61,960 nucleotides of DNA from Octopus bimaculoides (GCF_001194135.2 NC_068990.1:65550160-65612119); one strand, 5' to 3'. Counted from the stretch's first letter, positions 1 through 13,287 are shown. A program made the numbers and translations. The notes: generated by a model from the sequence alone, not told the origin.

Positions 1-36
<36 letters not shown>

Positions 37-1244
37 ATCATAATGTAAGATTTGTATCATAATGTAAGATTTGTAAAGTACACTAACATACTTTTTACGA
101 ACTTCAATCATTATCTGCCATAGAACTCAATACGTTAAATTTCATATCAAAAGTTTATTATATTGAAATTTGATAGTCTACTCTGAATTTTGCTCTGAGC
201 TAGATTTTTCATGCCAGCCCAGCCCATGCGATTAGACCAGCCCAGGACGAAACTCAAAGTAGAGAATACTGACAATTTTTTATATAAACATCTTTACACA
301 CATACTCATACACACATACTCATACACACACGTACACATATACAAGGATGTATATACCTTTATGTAGATATATGTGAATAAATGACGTATACTTACACAT
401 AGATATCTCTCTCTCTCTCCCTCTCTCTCTCCCTCTCTCTCTCCCTCTCTCTCTCCCNNNNNNNNNNNNNNNNNNNNNNNNNNNNNNNNNNNNNNNNNNN
501 NNNNNNNNNNNNNNNNNNNNNNNNNNNNNNNNNNNNNNNNNNNNNNNNNNNNNNNNNNNNNNNNNNNNNNNNNNNNNNNNNNNNNNNNNNNNNNNNNNNN
601 NNNNNNNNNNNNNNNNNNNNNNNNNNNNNNNNNNNNNNNNNNNNNNNNNNNNNNNNNNNNNNNNNNNNNNNNNNNNNNNNNNNNNNNNNNNNNNNNNNNN
701 NNNNNNNNNNNNNNNNNNNNNNNNNNNNNNNNNNNNNNNNNNNNNNNNNNNNNNNNNNNNNNNNNNNNNNNNNNNNNNNNNNNNNNNNNNNNNNNNNNNN
801 NNNNNNNNNNNNNNNNNNNNCTCTCTCTCCCTCTCTCCCTCTCTCTCCCTCTCCCTCTCCCCCCTCTCTCTCTATATATTATATACATATATAAGTTATA
901 ATTAAAGTTTAGATTTAAATTTAAGATTAAAAAAGATTAAACTGCGTTTTGGGTATGTCCTAAATAGTCTGCCAGCAAAGCACATTCACTGTTTATGGCT
1001 ACCTGGAGTCTTCCACGGTAATTGAACAATCGTTGCTGGATCTATGTTAGGAATTCCCCAATGCAAGTTGCGTATAGTAGAAACAATTCATACGGAAGAT
1101 GGGTGGAAAACTATACAATCAATTCCAATGTTGGAATTATCGATAAATATTAACTATACTAACGGCTCGAAAAAGTGTAACTTTTTCTACCGGAAAATTA
1201 TAGCAATCTATTACAACGTTTTGCGTTATTGGTGGATTCTTGCA

Positions 1245-1464
1245 TACGAGGGTGTGCTGAACAGTTCCTGGCTTTGAGTAAAAGAAAATACAGGAGGTTC
1301 AGTTAATTACGAATTTTTCAACATATTCACCTCTTAGGTTCACACATTTATTGCAGCAGTCCTTCAGGATTTCTAAGCCCTGTAAAAGAATTCAGAAAGT
1401 TGAGCCTTCAACCAGGCCTTTCGCGACACCCTTAAAACCAGGAACTTTCAGCACCCGCCTCGTA
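1245..1464 (-). mobile_element. 220-bp internally deleted mariner (MITE-like) retaining the transposase C-terminus
   Basis: Imperfect ~30-bp TIRs: tacgagggtgtgctgaacagttcctggc (1245-) and ccaggaactttcagcacccgcctcgta (-1464), with TA at both ends. The minus strand reads GLEILKDCCNKCVNLRGEYVEK, a typical mariner C-terminus. Confidence 0.8.
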
Positions 1465-2040
1465 TGTTCCATCAAATTAATTGAGAATTTCCAACTATCA
1501 ACAGGCTAATAGGTTAGTTTCCCAAATAATGAATTCGCTTAGCTCTGAACATGGTTAAATAAGGAAGAATAAAAAAAAATAGCATTCATTTATTCAACAC
1601 GAAAACTTCATCGGTAACATCCGGTTCCATTGCCTTCGTGTGTTTTATACATATGACAGCGAAGACATGTTTTCGTAAGTGAAAAGTTGAAAACATCAAG
1701 TAGTCTGCTGATAACAGTTGAATAGATGAATGTATCGCGCAGTTTAAAACTAGTTTTTGGCAAGCAACCGAATCTCGATCACTAATGATATTTCAATACC
1801 TTTACAAAAATATTTTCTTACATTGGATCTTAGACCAGCGGTTGAGAAGGTGAAGCTTCTTGAATATGATATACACTCTTTGCTTCATGTTATTTATATT
1901 TTCCTTCAATTGAGAACACAACTTTCCACCAAACGTTATGTGTACTTGTGTATGTATGTATGTATGTATGTATGTATGTATGTATGTATGTATGTATGTA
2001 TGTATGTATGTGTTTGTCTGTCTCACTCACTATCTACCAG

Positions 2041-2065
<25 letters not shown>

Positions 2066-2077
<12 letters not shown>

Positions 2078-2572
2078 AACAATCGAGACCAACCTCACTA
2101 TTGTAAACGTTTTGGACGTCATGTTAGACCTGAGTTCCTGTTCTTACAGACTCTACCGCAAACCAAATGATAGGCTGTCCCACATCAACACAGCCTCCTG
2201 CCACTCACATATCGTGTTCAAGAACCTAGTGAAGGTTGTCAGCTAGAGAATCTCGAACCCGTTCTCGAGTCAAGAAATTTTCGACGCCGCAGCTCCTTAT
2301 TACAATGAAATTCTGGCGTCTAGTAGATTTGAGGACCTTATCTCCTATATGCCAGACCCTAGCACCAGCATAAGGAAGCGCCATCGTAATGTCGTTTTCT
2401 TTGCTTCACCATTTTCTCTCAATGTTAAAATTTGCGTGGTAAGAATTTTCCTTAGATTGGTGGACAAATACTTCACACAGTTACACAGACCGGAATGTTT
2501 GCTTAGTAGGTACAGCTCAAGGGTCTCCTTCAATTGTGTACCGAACATTAAGAAAAATTTGGAAAGCACCCC
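2066..2572 (+). mobile_element. Penelope-like retroelement fragment (end of RT, thumb and linker)
   Basis: One frame with a single stop at 2244-2246: TIETNLTIVNVLDVMLDL..YRKPND..*RIS..SSQEIFDAAAPYYNEIL..RKRHRNVVFFASPFSLNVK..FLRLVDKYF..RVSFNCVPNIK. This matches the Penelope pattern NFLDVTLDL/YRKPN/AAPYY/NPPYSKNVKT/SYSCMPN. Confidence 0.8.
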
Positions 2573-2587
2573 TAAACCACACACACA

Positions 2588-2668
<81 letters not shown>

Positions 2669-2786
2669 ACACAGAACTGGTAATGTAAGTAATTAGTGAA
2701 TGCATCAAGTTATTTATAATTATAAACTTTGATAAGAAAAATATGAATGTACATATTTACATAAATATCTAAACGAATACAGATAT

Positions 2787-2827
<41 letters not shown>

Positions 2828-3011
2828 TGGGTGTGTATACACACACACACACACACACACACATCCGCACACATATCTTGACAGATTAATTCATTGTCTA
2901 TAATATCTATAAATACAAATGCACAAACATGTAATTGTATGTACAAATTTAACTCAAGATCTTTTATACATACACATCTGTACATATACATGCACTGACA
3001 CTCTCCGTCAC

Positions 3012-3075
<64 letters not shown>

Positions 3076-3525
3076 CCTGTCTGTCTGCCTGTCTGTCTGC
3101 ATGTCTGTCTGCCTGTCTGTCTGTCTATATCTCTATCTATTTATCTGTCTGTCTATTAATGCACTTATGTAAGTAATGTATATACACACATACTTACATA
3201 CGTATATAAATGTCCATGTACTCCACCTAGAGGCTAAAAGGAAGAATTTCTCCGCCAAATACATGTAAATAGCTATTTGGATAAAGCAATCGTTTCTCCT
3301 TCGGTGACTACTAATAATGTATTGTAGTTTGACTGACACTGTGTGTCTGAGAAAAAATAAAAAGAATATTCCAAGACGAACAAGTAAACTGACAAATGGA
3401 CAAATAAAAACAATGAAATATACAACAGAAAAAGAAAAAAAAAAACATACTGCGGAAGAAAAGCCAAAACAATAAGCAAAACACAGCGAATAATAATAAC
3501 AATAATAATAATGATGATGATGATG

Positions 3526-3562
<37 letters not shown>

Positions 3563-3976
3563 TAATAATAATAATAATAATAATAACAATAAAGACAAAA
3601 GCAAAATAAAAATAAAAATTAAGAAAAAAATCCGATCCTTTCAATTCTCAACCTTTCAATATTTAGAAGTAAATTCCTAAAAGCAAGTATATAAATAACG
3701 TCGGGGCGGTGAGGTAAGATGGCGACAAACATGGTTGTTTTTCACTGGAAATAGTACTTGAAGATGTGCAATCGGTAAAAACTAGAATAATGTTTAATAA
3801 CATTCTGGCAAGAATCCCATCAGTTAAGCCGATTGACGGTGTAATTTCTAAGAACTATCATCTCTGAAATCTCGATGTACTTTCTTGACGGAGGTCTTAA
3901 GAAACCATCATTGGTCCACTTCATTTTGAATCAGTGAGAGACTTCTTATCTTCTCCACCACGCCATCACCTATCAC

Positions 3977-4035
<59 letters not shown>

Positions 4036-5394
4036 CTCTCTCACTTTCTTGCCTACTCTTATATATGTATGTATGTGTGTATGTATGTATGTATGTGTGT
4101 GTGTGTGTGTGTGTATGTGTGGGTGTGTGTATGTTTGTGTGTGCGTTTATATTTATATACATATGTATTTGTTTAGTCAATAGCATCCGCAATTCTGAAA
4201 TAGTTTTGCGTAGCTGAATGCCGATCAATATATCAAGGTTTGGAGTCATTCTCTTTCTTGAAAGCGTCATTGCAGAATTTTGGAATTCGTTGGCTATACA
4301 AATAATCGTGTCACTGTGCCACAATTTGATTATATGCGTGCGTGAAGATATCTGATTGTGTGCTTGCTCTCGCTTTCTCTCTCACTCTCTCATGCACACA
4401 CACACTATTTGTCTAACTATGCATGCTCATATATTGGTCAATAGAATGGGTACATCATTATTAATAAAATACGATGTTATAGCCTTCACAGCCAATTTAC
4501 CGATTGTTAAGAAAACAATCCTGGCAGTCATCAGGAATGGTTGAAAGTTTTTCTCAAGTTTCTTATACGAAAGCAATTGGTAAATAGGCTGTTAGGAAAC
4601 TCTACGGTTTATGAGACGGCATTTTGTATGATAAAACATTATGTCAAAGAAATGTAGTACATGTGAAACTACCAGATGTTTCTTATGAGAAATAGATCTG
4701 ACTCAATTAACAATAATTTTCACTTTTTCGAGCCGAATTAACATCTTTCTTATTTTCTGTAAGGATTGTCATATTTCCTGACGGAACAAAGAACGATGTC
4801 AGCAAACTGTGAATTAAACATTAAAAAATGACACCAAAAGAAAAAAAAAATCTAATTACAAATCGTTTACCATGTCTTTTATCCGTAGTCCTCATCGTTG
4901 TCGTATTGCAGTCGTCAATATATTGGTTTGAGATAGCAGTGTGATAACAATGACTTTGGTTGTGGTAGTGGTGGGACTAACATTTTTGATAGTAGAAGTA
5001 ATAGTGGAAGTCGTTGTTGATACTGCTTTGTGTTCGTAGTTATGGTTGTGTACATCACCAAGTCAACTCGGCAGCAGCTGAGTCCATACGTGTTTGAATC
5101 ACCTCAGTTCCTATGGTGTGGATTCGATACTAGTGATGTTGGGTGATGGAGGACATCGATGTGCGTAGTCCTATATCTCGCCTGGTGTCGGAAATGTTCT
5201 TATGGACATTTTTACGTTAAATTCCTTGAGTGTAAGTTACTACGAGATACCATTCATTCAGTGTTGTTACAATTTGAGCGGGTCTGAAGATATGAAGGTG
5301 AAACCCACCTAGCATTAGCAGCCGAAGCTAGAAAAGGAGAATGCAAGCGTGCATATTAATAGCAAGGCCCTCCAATTAAACATTCACATGCCTC

Positions 5395-5484
<90 letters not shown>

Positions 5485-5574
5485 TTAATAACCGCTTGAA
5501 TCGGCTCTACGTGACTTAACGTTTTGCTGGGGCGTAGGACGTGCACATTTCTTCAGATATTTGGCAGCAGCACA

Positions 5575-6157
5575 TACGAGGGTCGGCCAAAAAGTTCTTA
5601 AGCTGACTAATATACTTTCATCTAATATAACCAAATGAGGTTTATTTTTCAACATAGTCCCCCTTGCGGTCCACACAGTTTTTCTATCGGTGTTGCAGTG
5701 CTTGGCTCCCCCTGGTGAAGAAGCTCTCTGTCTGGTGGTCAAAAACGTCATCAACAGCAGACAAGACGTCATTATCACAGTCACGCACAGTAGCCATTGA
5801 AAACAAGGACTTGTGTGCTGAAGCATTGTCCTGATTAAACAAGATCTCTTTCGTCAGTTTTCCCGGGCGTTTGGATTGTCTCTTTTTCTCTAGCTGAAGT
5901 GATGAAGCCAACACTCTATCTGGCTTAGGAAACGTTCAAGGAAACTAGGTGGATCTGCCTCAAACAATGTCAGATTTTCCCATGATGTGATCAGCTTGGT
6001 GCACTTTTGATCAAATATCAGAAGACGTGACACCGAGAGATACGTTTATCACGCCAAATTCACTGTTCAGAATATTTTCAACTCTCTCATGAGATACGCT
6101 AATAGCATTGGCTATTTGATTTATAGTCAATCGCCTGCCATCCAACACCATGTGGTG
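5575..6157 (-). mobile_element. Mariner transposase pseudogene with one TIR
   Basis: TIR tacgagggtcggccaaaaagttc at 5575. Minus-strand pieces read [53 protein letters not shown] and LQHRWKNCVDRKGDYVEK*. Frameshifted and internally deleted. Confidence 0.85.
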
Positions 6158-6427
6158 AAGCGCATTTACAAACACAAGGAACTGAACTCAAAAAGTCTTG
6201 TTGCTTTGTTAGCAATCAGCTTGAACTCTCTCAAGAAGAACTTAAATTAAACCTCTCCCTCTCCATCTCTCTCTCTCACACACACATTTATACGGTGTGT
6301 ACAAAAGATATATATTGTATGTTGTGTTGTGTATGGTATGTACTTATATCCGCTGCATATGTGTTGAACGAAATGTATGCAACAACCCGAACAGACTCAT
6401 ACATACACATATGTATATGGGGATGGA

Positions 6428-6482
<55 letters not shown>

Positions 6483-6529
6483 GTGTGTTTGCACGCGTGT
6501 GTGTGTGTGTGTGTGCGCGTGTGTATACA

Positions 6530-9200
6530 CATCCCGATCGCCTGGGTAGGTATCTTCTCCAAGTCTTCCCTCTCCTGTCTACAGGCGCACAGTCAGAGGA
6601 GGCCCATTCACTCGAGCAATGCTCACCTCATTCACCTAATTTTCAACAAACAGCCTGGAAAGCAGTATTTCCCTCTCCACCCTGATTTTCTAGTGAAACC
6701 TCAAAAAGTTTATCACTTTCGCCGAAAAGAAGTTTACCGGTTTCGCCGAAAAGTGCTGGTCTTCAGCCCTTTCAAACATGTCCACCAAAGAAACTCTTTC
6801 GCCATGGCCACCAGGCTGATAAAAACTACTTGGCCTTCCCGGTTAAAGGAAAGCGAAAGAGTAGGCACTCCAGTCCAGGCAGACGTGGACCAGGACAAGA
6901 CACGACAAGATTGTAGCTTTGTTGTCACGACGTGCTCTCACCACCCGAACCCATCGAACAACTTTCGTGTCTAAGAGTATGCGCCCTAGCTCTGACAACA
7001 CCACCTTCGTGCTTCGCATTGAAGAATAGGTCCAGAGTCAATCACACTGCAAGCACGTTAGTTGCAGTGCCGTTCACAAAAATCTCTTCTAACTTTCTAA
7101 CTAGTTCACCTTCTAATGTAGTTTTCTCTAACGCGACTCTTTTAGTAAACCCTATTGATTCTACTCTAATCGCGCTTTTTAGGGCAAACAACCATTTATT
7201 GTTGACGACTATTCCCGTCAACGCCCGATTGACTAATTCACTAATCCGGACTCTATAGGCCTTGCGTGCCGGAAAGGATGCGTCCAGCTTCCAGTAACTG
7301 GGACCCTTCCAGTAACTGGGAAGCCTAAGTACGTTGACCGTACAGATCACGAATTTGTGACCCGTGTAGTCGAGGATTTAAAAAAAGTGGACAACTTATA
7401 CTATCCTTATCTACTGACCTATGTCCATGTCCACACTGACACACACAGGAAATCAAGTCAGTACCTGTCAGACAATTGTAAATGTCTGAGCAGGTTTGCA
7501 AGGCTTTTTCACCCCTCCTCCCCTATCTGCTGGCCTCACACAGTCCTAGCGTGCATCTAACATATCGTACCAGTGTCCCAGTAGCACTAAATAATGAGAC
7601 GTTCCTAGAAAGATCTCAAGGCACCTGAAGCAATCAGATGTCCAGCTCCTGTCGGGGGATAGACAGCCTCTAGCCTGAAAACATAGCTTTCACTACTGGT
7701 TACGTCCAGCAACACCAACTTACCTTCTGGGTTTAGGAAGATCGTCTGTATCAAGAGATCCAAGCCTTTCCAAAACAACACACCAACTCCGGCTCTATAT
7801 CCCGAATGGCTTAGAATGCACACACCTCGTAATCGCTGAAAATGTGTGCGGAGGCTCGTACCTCTGAAATTCTAGTCTCGTTGATGGTCAACACATCTGT
7901 ATTTAGTGGCCGGAGGTGGTTGTGTAGGTGACTCTGTTTTCAGGGCGACTCCAGGCCACGTGCATTTATGTTGTCTATTTTAAATGAGACCATGTTGACT
8001 AAAGTGTGGGAAAACGTGGGAAAGACTATTTATCTTAGTTTTTGGAGGTTGTGGAGGTGAGCTTAGTGGTGTTGCTGTTGATGTTCGTAGTGATGGTGCG
8101 TCTTTGCACCACATATCTGGCACTTTGACCTTCTGCCCCCTATGGTCACAGGGAGAGGGATGCCGTCCACAAAGTCTATCATGTCTGGGATAGCATCAAT
8201 GTTTTCTTAGTTTGTTTGAATTAGAAGGTCTACTCCGGACCCTGACCAGTTTTCAGTGTTTATTTTCCTTACGTCAATGATTTGGGTGATCTACTCAGCG
8301 TCCATGAGGACAGCTGCCACTACCCATAGTATGGCTAATGTGGGCGGCACCTAGGATATTTTTACTTTTACTAATCTTTGGCCACAGTATGTTGGCAGCA
8401 GAGCGAGCTCTTCACTCTTGAGCGGTGTGAGGGAGTCTTTTTCCTCTGGCGTTTTAAATAATTCCTCCACCGTCCCAAATCCTCTACCACGGGCAATATC
8501 AGTTTTGTGTTCTCATACGCATCCCAAAGCCTTTTGGCTCTAGGACTCGGTGGTTCGCTCCACCTGGAGTGACTTTATTCCAGTTGCACAGTATGTTACG
8601 ATACAACGTCGCACGTTTTCTGGTACATCAGATGGAGGTGTGAGGCTGACTCTGTGATTCTTTCTCCCTTTTAGCATCTATTTAGCCTCCCTTAATTCGT
8701 TTTCGCTTATTGGAAGTTTTTCTGTATTTTTGGTTGCCCTCGCGAATGAAACAGCCGATTTTTCTGTGTTGTGCTGTGAGGAATTACACATAGATCTCCG
8801 TTTGTTTGTTGCTGCTGCTATTGTTGTTCAGGTTGTTGTTTTTGCCATTTACCTTGTCTCTCTTGTTCGTGTTTTTGTTGTTTTCCTCCGTTATAATTGT
8901 TGTTGCAGTGTTCGTGTTGGTAGTGGAAGAGGCAGTGTTCCTGTTTGGCTATCTTTGATTTTCGTTGCTGATCTCTTTTATTGTTCCTTTGATGGTGATA
9001 GTGGTGCTGAAAGCAACGGAAAGTTATTTTCATACAATCCACGAACCGCATTGTTGTTATTGTTGTTGTTGTTGCTAATGCTGTCACTGACTTTTACGAT
9101 TCGGGTGTTCTGTTGTGCGGATGACCTACTGTTCTTTTTAGCGGACGAAGAATTCTTGTTTGCTATCATTTTTTTAAACAAAAAATTGAGGGGCATTTTA
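6530..9200 (-). mobile_element. Decayed L1/Tx1-like LINE: ORF1 plus ORF2 (APE endonuclease and C-terminus) with the RT domain deleted
   Basis: The ORF1 frame runs from 9196 with stops (FGTVEEYF..LLPTYCGQRLVKV..GGRRSKCQICGAKTHH, knuckle-like). ORF2 starts near 7975 (INARGLESP..DVLTINET, GVGVLF..EGKLVLLDV..FRLEAVYP, YTGHK..GPSYWKL). The linker ..RDNKATI joins near 6908 to the C-terminal SFNREGQVVFISLVAMAKEFLWWT, with the stop at 6579-6581. Confidence 0.75.
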
Positions 9201-9214
9201 GCCTGGACATCAAA

Positions 9215-10012
9215 TTAGTCCCTAAGACTAACATCAAATAAGCCCCTAGAACTAAGCAGCACTGGTTAGGATTAGGGTTAAGATTAAGGTCAGGTTTAGG
9301 GTTATGGTTAGGGTTGGGATTTGGTGTAGAGTTAGTGGTGCTGTTAAGGTTAGGGTTTGGTGAGGATTAGGCTAGGGTTAGGGTTAAGTTTTAAGTGTTA
9401 GGATTAACGTTAGGATTAGATTTAAGCTAGTCATAACCCTAACCCTAAACTTAATAATAAATCTAGCGCTAACCCTAGTGTTAGGGTGAGGTGTATCGCT
9501 AAGGTTACTGTTAGGGTTAGGTTAGGGCTAAGTTTAGAATAAAGTTTAAGATTAGTTTTAGGATGAGCGTTAGTGTTAGTGTTAGATTTTCGGTCAGTGT
9601 TAAGCTTAATATAAGCGTCATTTTTATGGTTATGGTTAGTGTTAGGGTTCTATATAGAGTGAAGTTTAGGCTTATGGTGAGATCGAGGGTTAGGGTCAGG
9701 TTAAAGTTTAGAATTAGTGATAGTATTAGTGTTCAGTTTAGTGTTAGGTTTATGGCTAGGATTAGGGTTAGTCTTAGGTTTATGATCATGTTTAGGTTTA
9801 GAGTTAGGTTAGTGTAGAGGATTAGCTTTAATGTTGAGGTTAGGGTTAGAGCTAGGGAAAGAACTAAAGCTAGTATTAGGTTTAGGATCAGTGTTATGGT
9901 TAGTGTTAGTATTATGGTTAGTGTCAGTGTTATTGCTAGGTTTAGGTTTAACATATTGGCTAGGGCTAGGGCATAAGCTAGTGTTAGAGTTAAGGCTAGG
10001 GCTAGGACTGTA
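9215..10012. repeat. Degenerate telomere-like (TTAGGG-derived) hexamer array with a short inverted block
   Basis: 6-bp periodic TTAGNN units with many exact TTAGGG copies. C-rich CCCTAA-type blocks lie at about 9215-9255 and 9432-9477. Confidence 0.8.
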
Positions 10013-10029
10013 GAAACGACAAAATTGTT

Positions 10030-10320
10030 TGTGACTTGGAAGCGAGCAAGTCGAAACATCAAGGATTCCAGTAGATCTGATCAGTAGAACAGCTTGCTCG
10101 CGAAATTAACGTGCAAGTGGCTGAGTACTCCACAAACACGGGTCCTCTAAACGTAGTTCTCAAGGAGATTCAGTGGGACAGAGAATGTGACGAGGAAAGT
10201 TCTTTGAAATACAGGTACAACTCATTTTTCCAGCTGAGTTGAGTGGAGCAACGTGAAATAAAGGAAACAATGCACCGCCGAGTATCGATCTCACGAACCG
10301 AATACCTTAGCCACTTGGTC
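10030..10320 (-). mobile_element. tRNA-derived SINE, head/core type D plus tail type T
   Basis: The reverse complement has a tRNA-like head (gaccaagtggctaagg) and core ttcacgttgctccactcaactcagctggaaaaatgag. Its tail ttgtacctgtatttc..gagtactcagccacttgcacgttaatttc is shared with 20913-21099. Confidence 0.7.
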
Positions 10321-10364
10321 AAAAACCAACATAAACACACACAAAGACACGCCCACACACATAT

Positions 10365-10382
10365 CTATCTATCTATCTATCG

Positions 10383-10436
<54 letters not shown>

Positions 10437-10551
10437 TTGTCTGTCTGTCTGTCTGTCTGCTGCCTGTCTGTCTGTCTGTCTGTCTATCTGTCTGCTTGTC
10501 TGTTTGTTAGTCCGTCCGTCCGTCTGTCCGTCCGTCTCTCTGCCTGTCTGA

Positions 10552-10644
<93 letters not shown>

Positions 10645-10645
10645 C
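10365..10645. repeat. Compound (ATCT)n/(GTCT)n/(GTCC)n microsatellite, representative of many (also ~3015-3150, 5397-5484, 21645-21775, 60560-60800)
   Basis: Directly visible. Confidence 0.95.
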
Positions 10646-11385
10646 GTATATACATACGTACACACACACGTAGAAATATACATTTATACACACATACACA
10701 CTCTCACACACATATATGCATGTATCAAATTTCTCTTAGAAACATAGTATAGCGTTATATGAAGAGAAAGTAATTTAAATTTCTCCACTAATTAAGCATT
10801 TTAATAGCTTATAAAGAAGACACTAAAGTCTGTGTGTCCAATCTTGTATTGATTTCTTTTACAAGGAGTGGACTGATTAATTATTCTGTTTAAGCGAATC
10901 AATACACTTAAATTTAGTGTCTCACTTTCGTCATATTTCAATTTTAAATGGAAACTCTCGTAAACTATTCGTAAGCTTCATTGCCATCTCGAAACGTAAC
11001 CGTACTGGTGGAAGCCATTTTCTTTGTTGTCACTGTTTAACAAACAACACATTGTCGTCGTTTAATTTACAGTTATATAATCGATTTTTCTACTTATCGA
11101 AATTGCTGAAAAGAAACTAAATTAAAACACATATTTGTGCTGTCAATACCTCGAAATATTCTCCGGATATTTATTAGAAAACAAAAAAGAAAAAAAATAT
11201 AAAAAAGTTGAGGAAGGTGGAAACATTGTTGTGTGGTATGGTAACGTCTAAGAAATTTATGTCTTCTACGATGCATATTCCTGATCATAGATAGTGCTTA
11301 TGATATTGCTGTCATGAAACACGGAACGAGTGAGTGATACTGTTTAAACGAATGCTGAAATAGAAGATAATGCACTTCAGGCAGC

Positions 11386-11420
<35 letters not shown>

Positions 11421-11430
11421 TTAAATTTAA

Positions 11431-11652
11431 TTCTTTATTGCCCACAAGGGGCTAAACATAGAGGGGACAAACAATGACAGACAAAGAGATTAAGTCGATT
11501 ACATCGACCCCAGTGCGGAACTGGTACTTAATTTATCGACCCCGAAAGGATGAAAGGCAAAGTTGACCTCGGCGGAATTTGAACTCAGAACGTAACGGCA
11601 GACGAAATACCGCTAAGTATTTCGTCCAGCGGTGCTAACGTTTCTGCCAGCT
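11431..11652 (-). mobile_element. tRNA-derived SINE family A
   Basis: Minus strand has A-box TGGCAGAAACG and B-box GTTCAAATTCC. Body ggatgaaaggcaaagttgacctcggcggaatttgaactcag is shared with about 10 other copies. Flanked by AAT repeats. Confidence 0.9.
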
Positions 11653-11664
11653 AACAATAATAAT

Positions 11665-12121
11665 AAGGCTAAAGAACTTGATAAGCTCAAAAAATATAAA
11701 GATTTGCTGATTGAAATCGAACAAATGTGGCATTTCAAGACGGTTACAATATCGGTCATTGTAGTACTTGGAATGATCAAAAAAGGAACTAAAAATTATT
11801 TGAGAATGACCCCTGGCTTACCATCCATGCAGGAAGTGTAAAACATTGTTTTGACTAGTACGCCATACGTATTGAGAAGAACATTGCCACTGTGAATTTT
11901 CTCTCCTTTTCCCTTTTCTTTTCTTTCTTTTCTTTTTTCATTTTTCTTTTTCTTCTTTCCTTTTTCTCTCTATCTTTCTTCTCCCTTTTTTCTGTCACAT
12001 AACTTTGTTAATGAACAATCTGGTGTCTTTTTTGTAATGGCCTACCAATGTATATAGTGAGTTTCTTTGCCTTACATTGAAGACACTTGGCAAGAAATGG
12101 AAACAAAATTGAAAGAAGAGG

Positions 12122-12122
<1 letters not shown>
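11665..12122 (+). mobile_element. R4/Dong-like RLE LINE 3' end (lineage F1)
   Basis: Reads KAKELDKLKKYKDLLIEIEQMWHFKTVTISVIVVLGMI..VLTSTPYVLRRTL*, then a 3' UTR homologous to 23421-23678 and 24481-24664. Ends in (AAT)n. Confidence 0.85.
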
Positions 12123-12194
<72 letters not shown>

Positions 12195-12195
<1 letters not shown>

Positions 12196-13285
12196 TAAAC
12201 AGCTCAGACAGAAAGACAAGGAAGTTTCTGACTAGATATGGGGTACTCCACTCAAAAAGTAACACAGACAAACTGTATGTACTAAGAAAAAGAGGGGGAA
12301 GATTGGATGCGAACACAGCATTAGAGCAGAAGAAAACAGCATGGTTTGTAAAAAATTCCAGAGAACGACTATTATTGGAAGTGAGAAGGTGTAGGATGGA
12401 TGATTGCAAAGATAAAGCACCGTACAAGCACTTGAGAATGAATGAAACTGAAAATAGGTGGATAAAGACAAGAACAATTGCATAGGGATGCTGAAGATAA
12501 GACAGGCAGAGAAAACTATGGCTATGGATGACTATAAGGGATTTAAAACCGGAAACGGAACCTCTAATCTGTGCTGTCCAAGAGCATGCATTAAGAACTA
12601 ATTACATCAAGTACAGAATAAACAACACACCAGAAAGTGATAAGTGCAGAATTTGTGGACAAAATGGTGAAACCGTATGGCATATTACCAGTCAATGTAC
12701 GTACGCCACTAGCCTAGAAAGAATATAAGAGACGTCACGACAATAGAGCAAGGATTGTACATTGGACACTTTGCAACAAGTATGGACTTGATAGAGCAAA
12801 AAATGGTGCGAACATAAAAGCAGCATCGAAAATAATAATGTAAAGAGCCTATGGAATTTTATGATTCCGTGTGACCATGAGAGAGAATATGAAACCAGAC
12901 ATAGTGTTAATTGAGAAAGAAAGTAAACGATGCTGGATAATAGATACAGCATGCACAGCTGACAACAAGGTATGCAATACAGAAGAAAGAAAAGTCGATA
13001 GATATGACAGGTTAGCTTGGGAGGTTAAGCAGTTGTGGTCGCTGAAAAAGGTGGTAGTGGTACCAATAATTGTCGGAGCCCTGGGAACAGTGAGTAAAGA
13101 TCTTGAGAAGTACATTGAACAAATAAGGCCTGCGGTAAGGGTGGAGCACTTTCAGAAAACAGCATTGCTTGTAACCACTGGAATACTCCGGATGGTGCTC
13201 GAAAAATAAGGGGTGTTACGTTATTCCCAGGTAGTGAACAGCTGGCACCGTAGTACATCTCCAGCGTTAGAAGCTGTGCAAAGAC

Positions 13286-13287
<2 letters not shown>
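12195..13287 (+). mobile_element. R4/Dong-like RLE LINE, 5'-truncated (lineage F2)
   Basis: Post-RT region, CCHC knuckle CRICGQNGETVWHITSQC, RRHDN, and RLE motif KPDIVLIEKESKRCWIIDTAC..KVDRY..VVPIIVGALG. Stop at 13209. AAT tracts on both sides. Confidence 0.9.

Noticed and set aside
34-75. 19-bp tandem duplication near the window start
   Set aside because: Real but trivial slippage next to (TA)n.
9563-10062. Stop-free ORFs across the telomere-like array
   Set aside because: They are a by-product of 6-bp periodicity.
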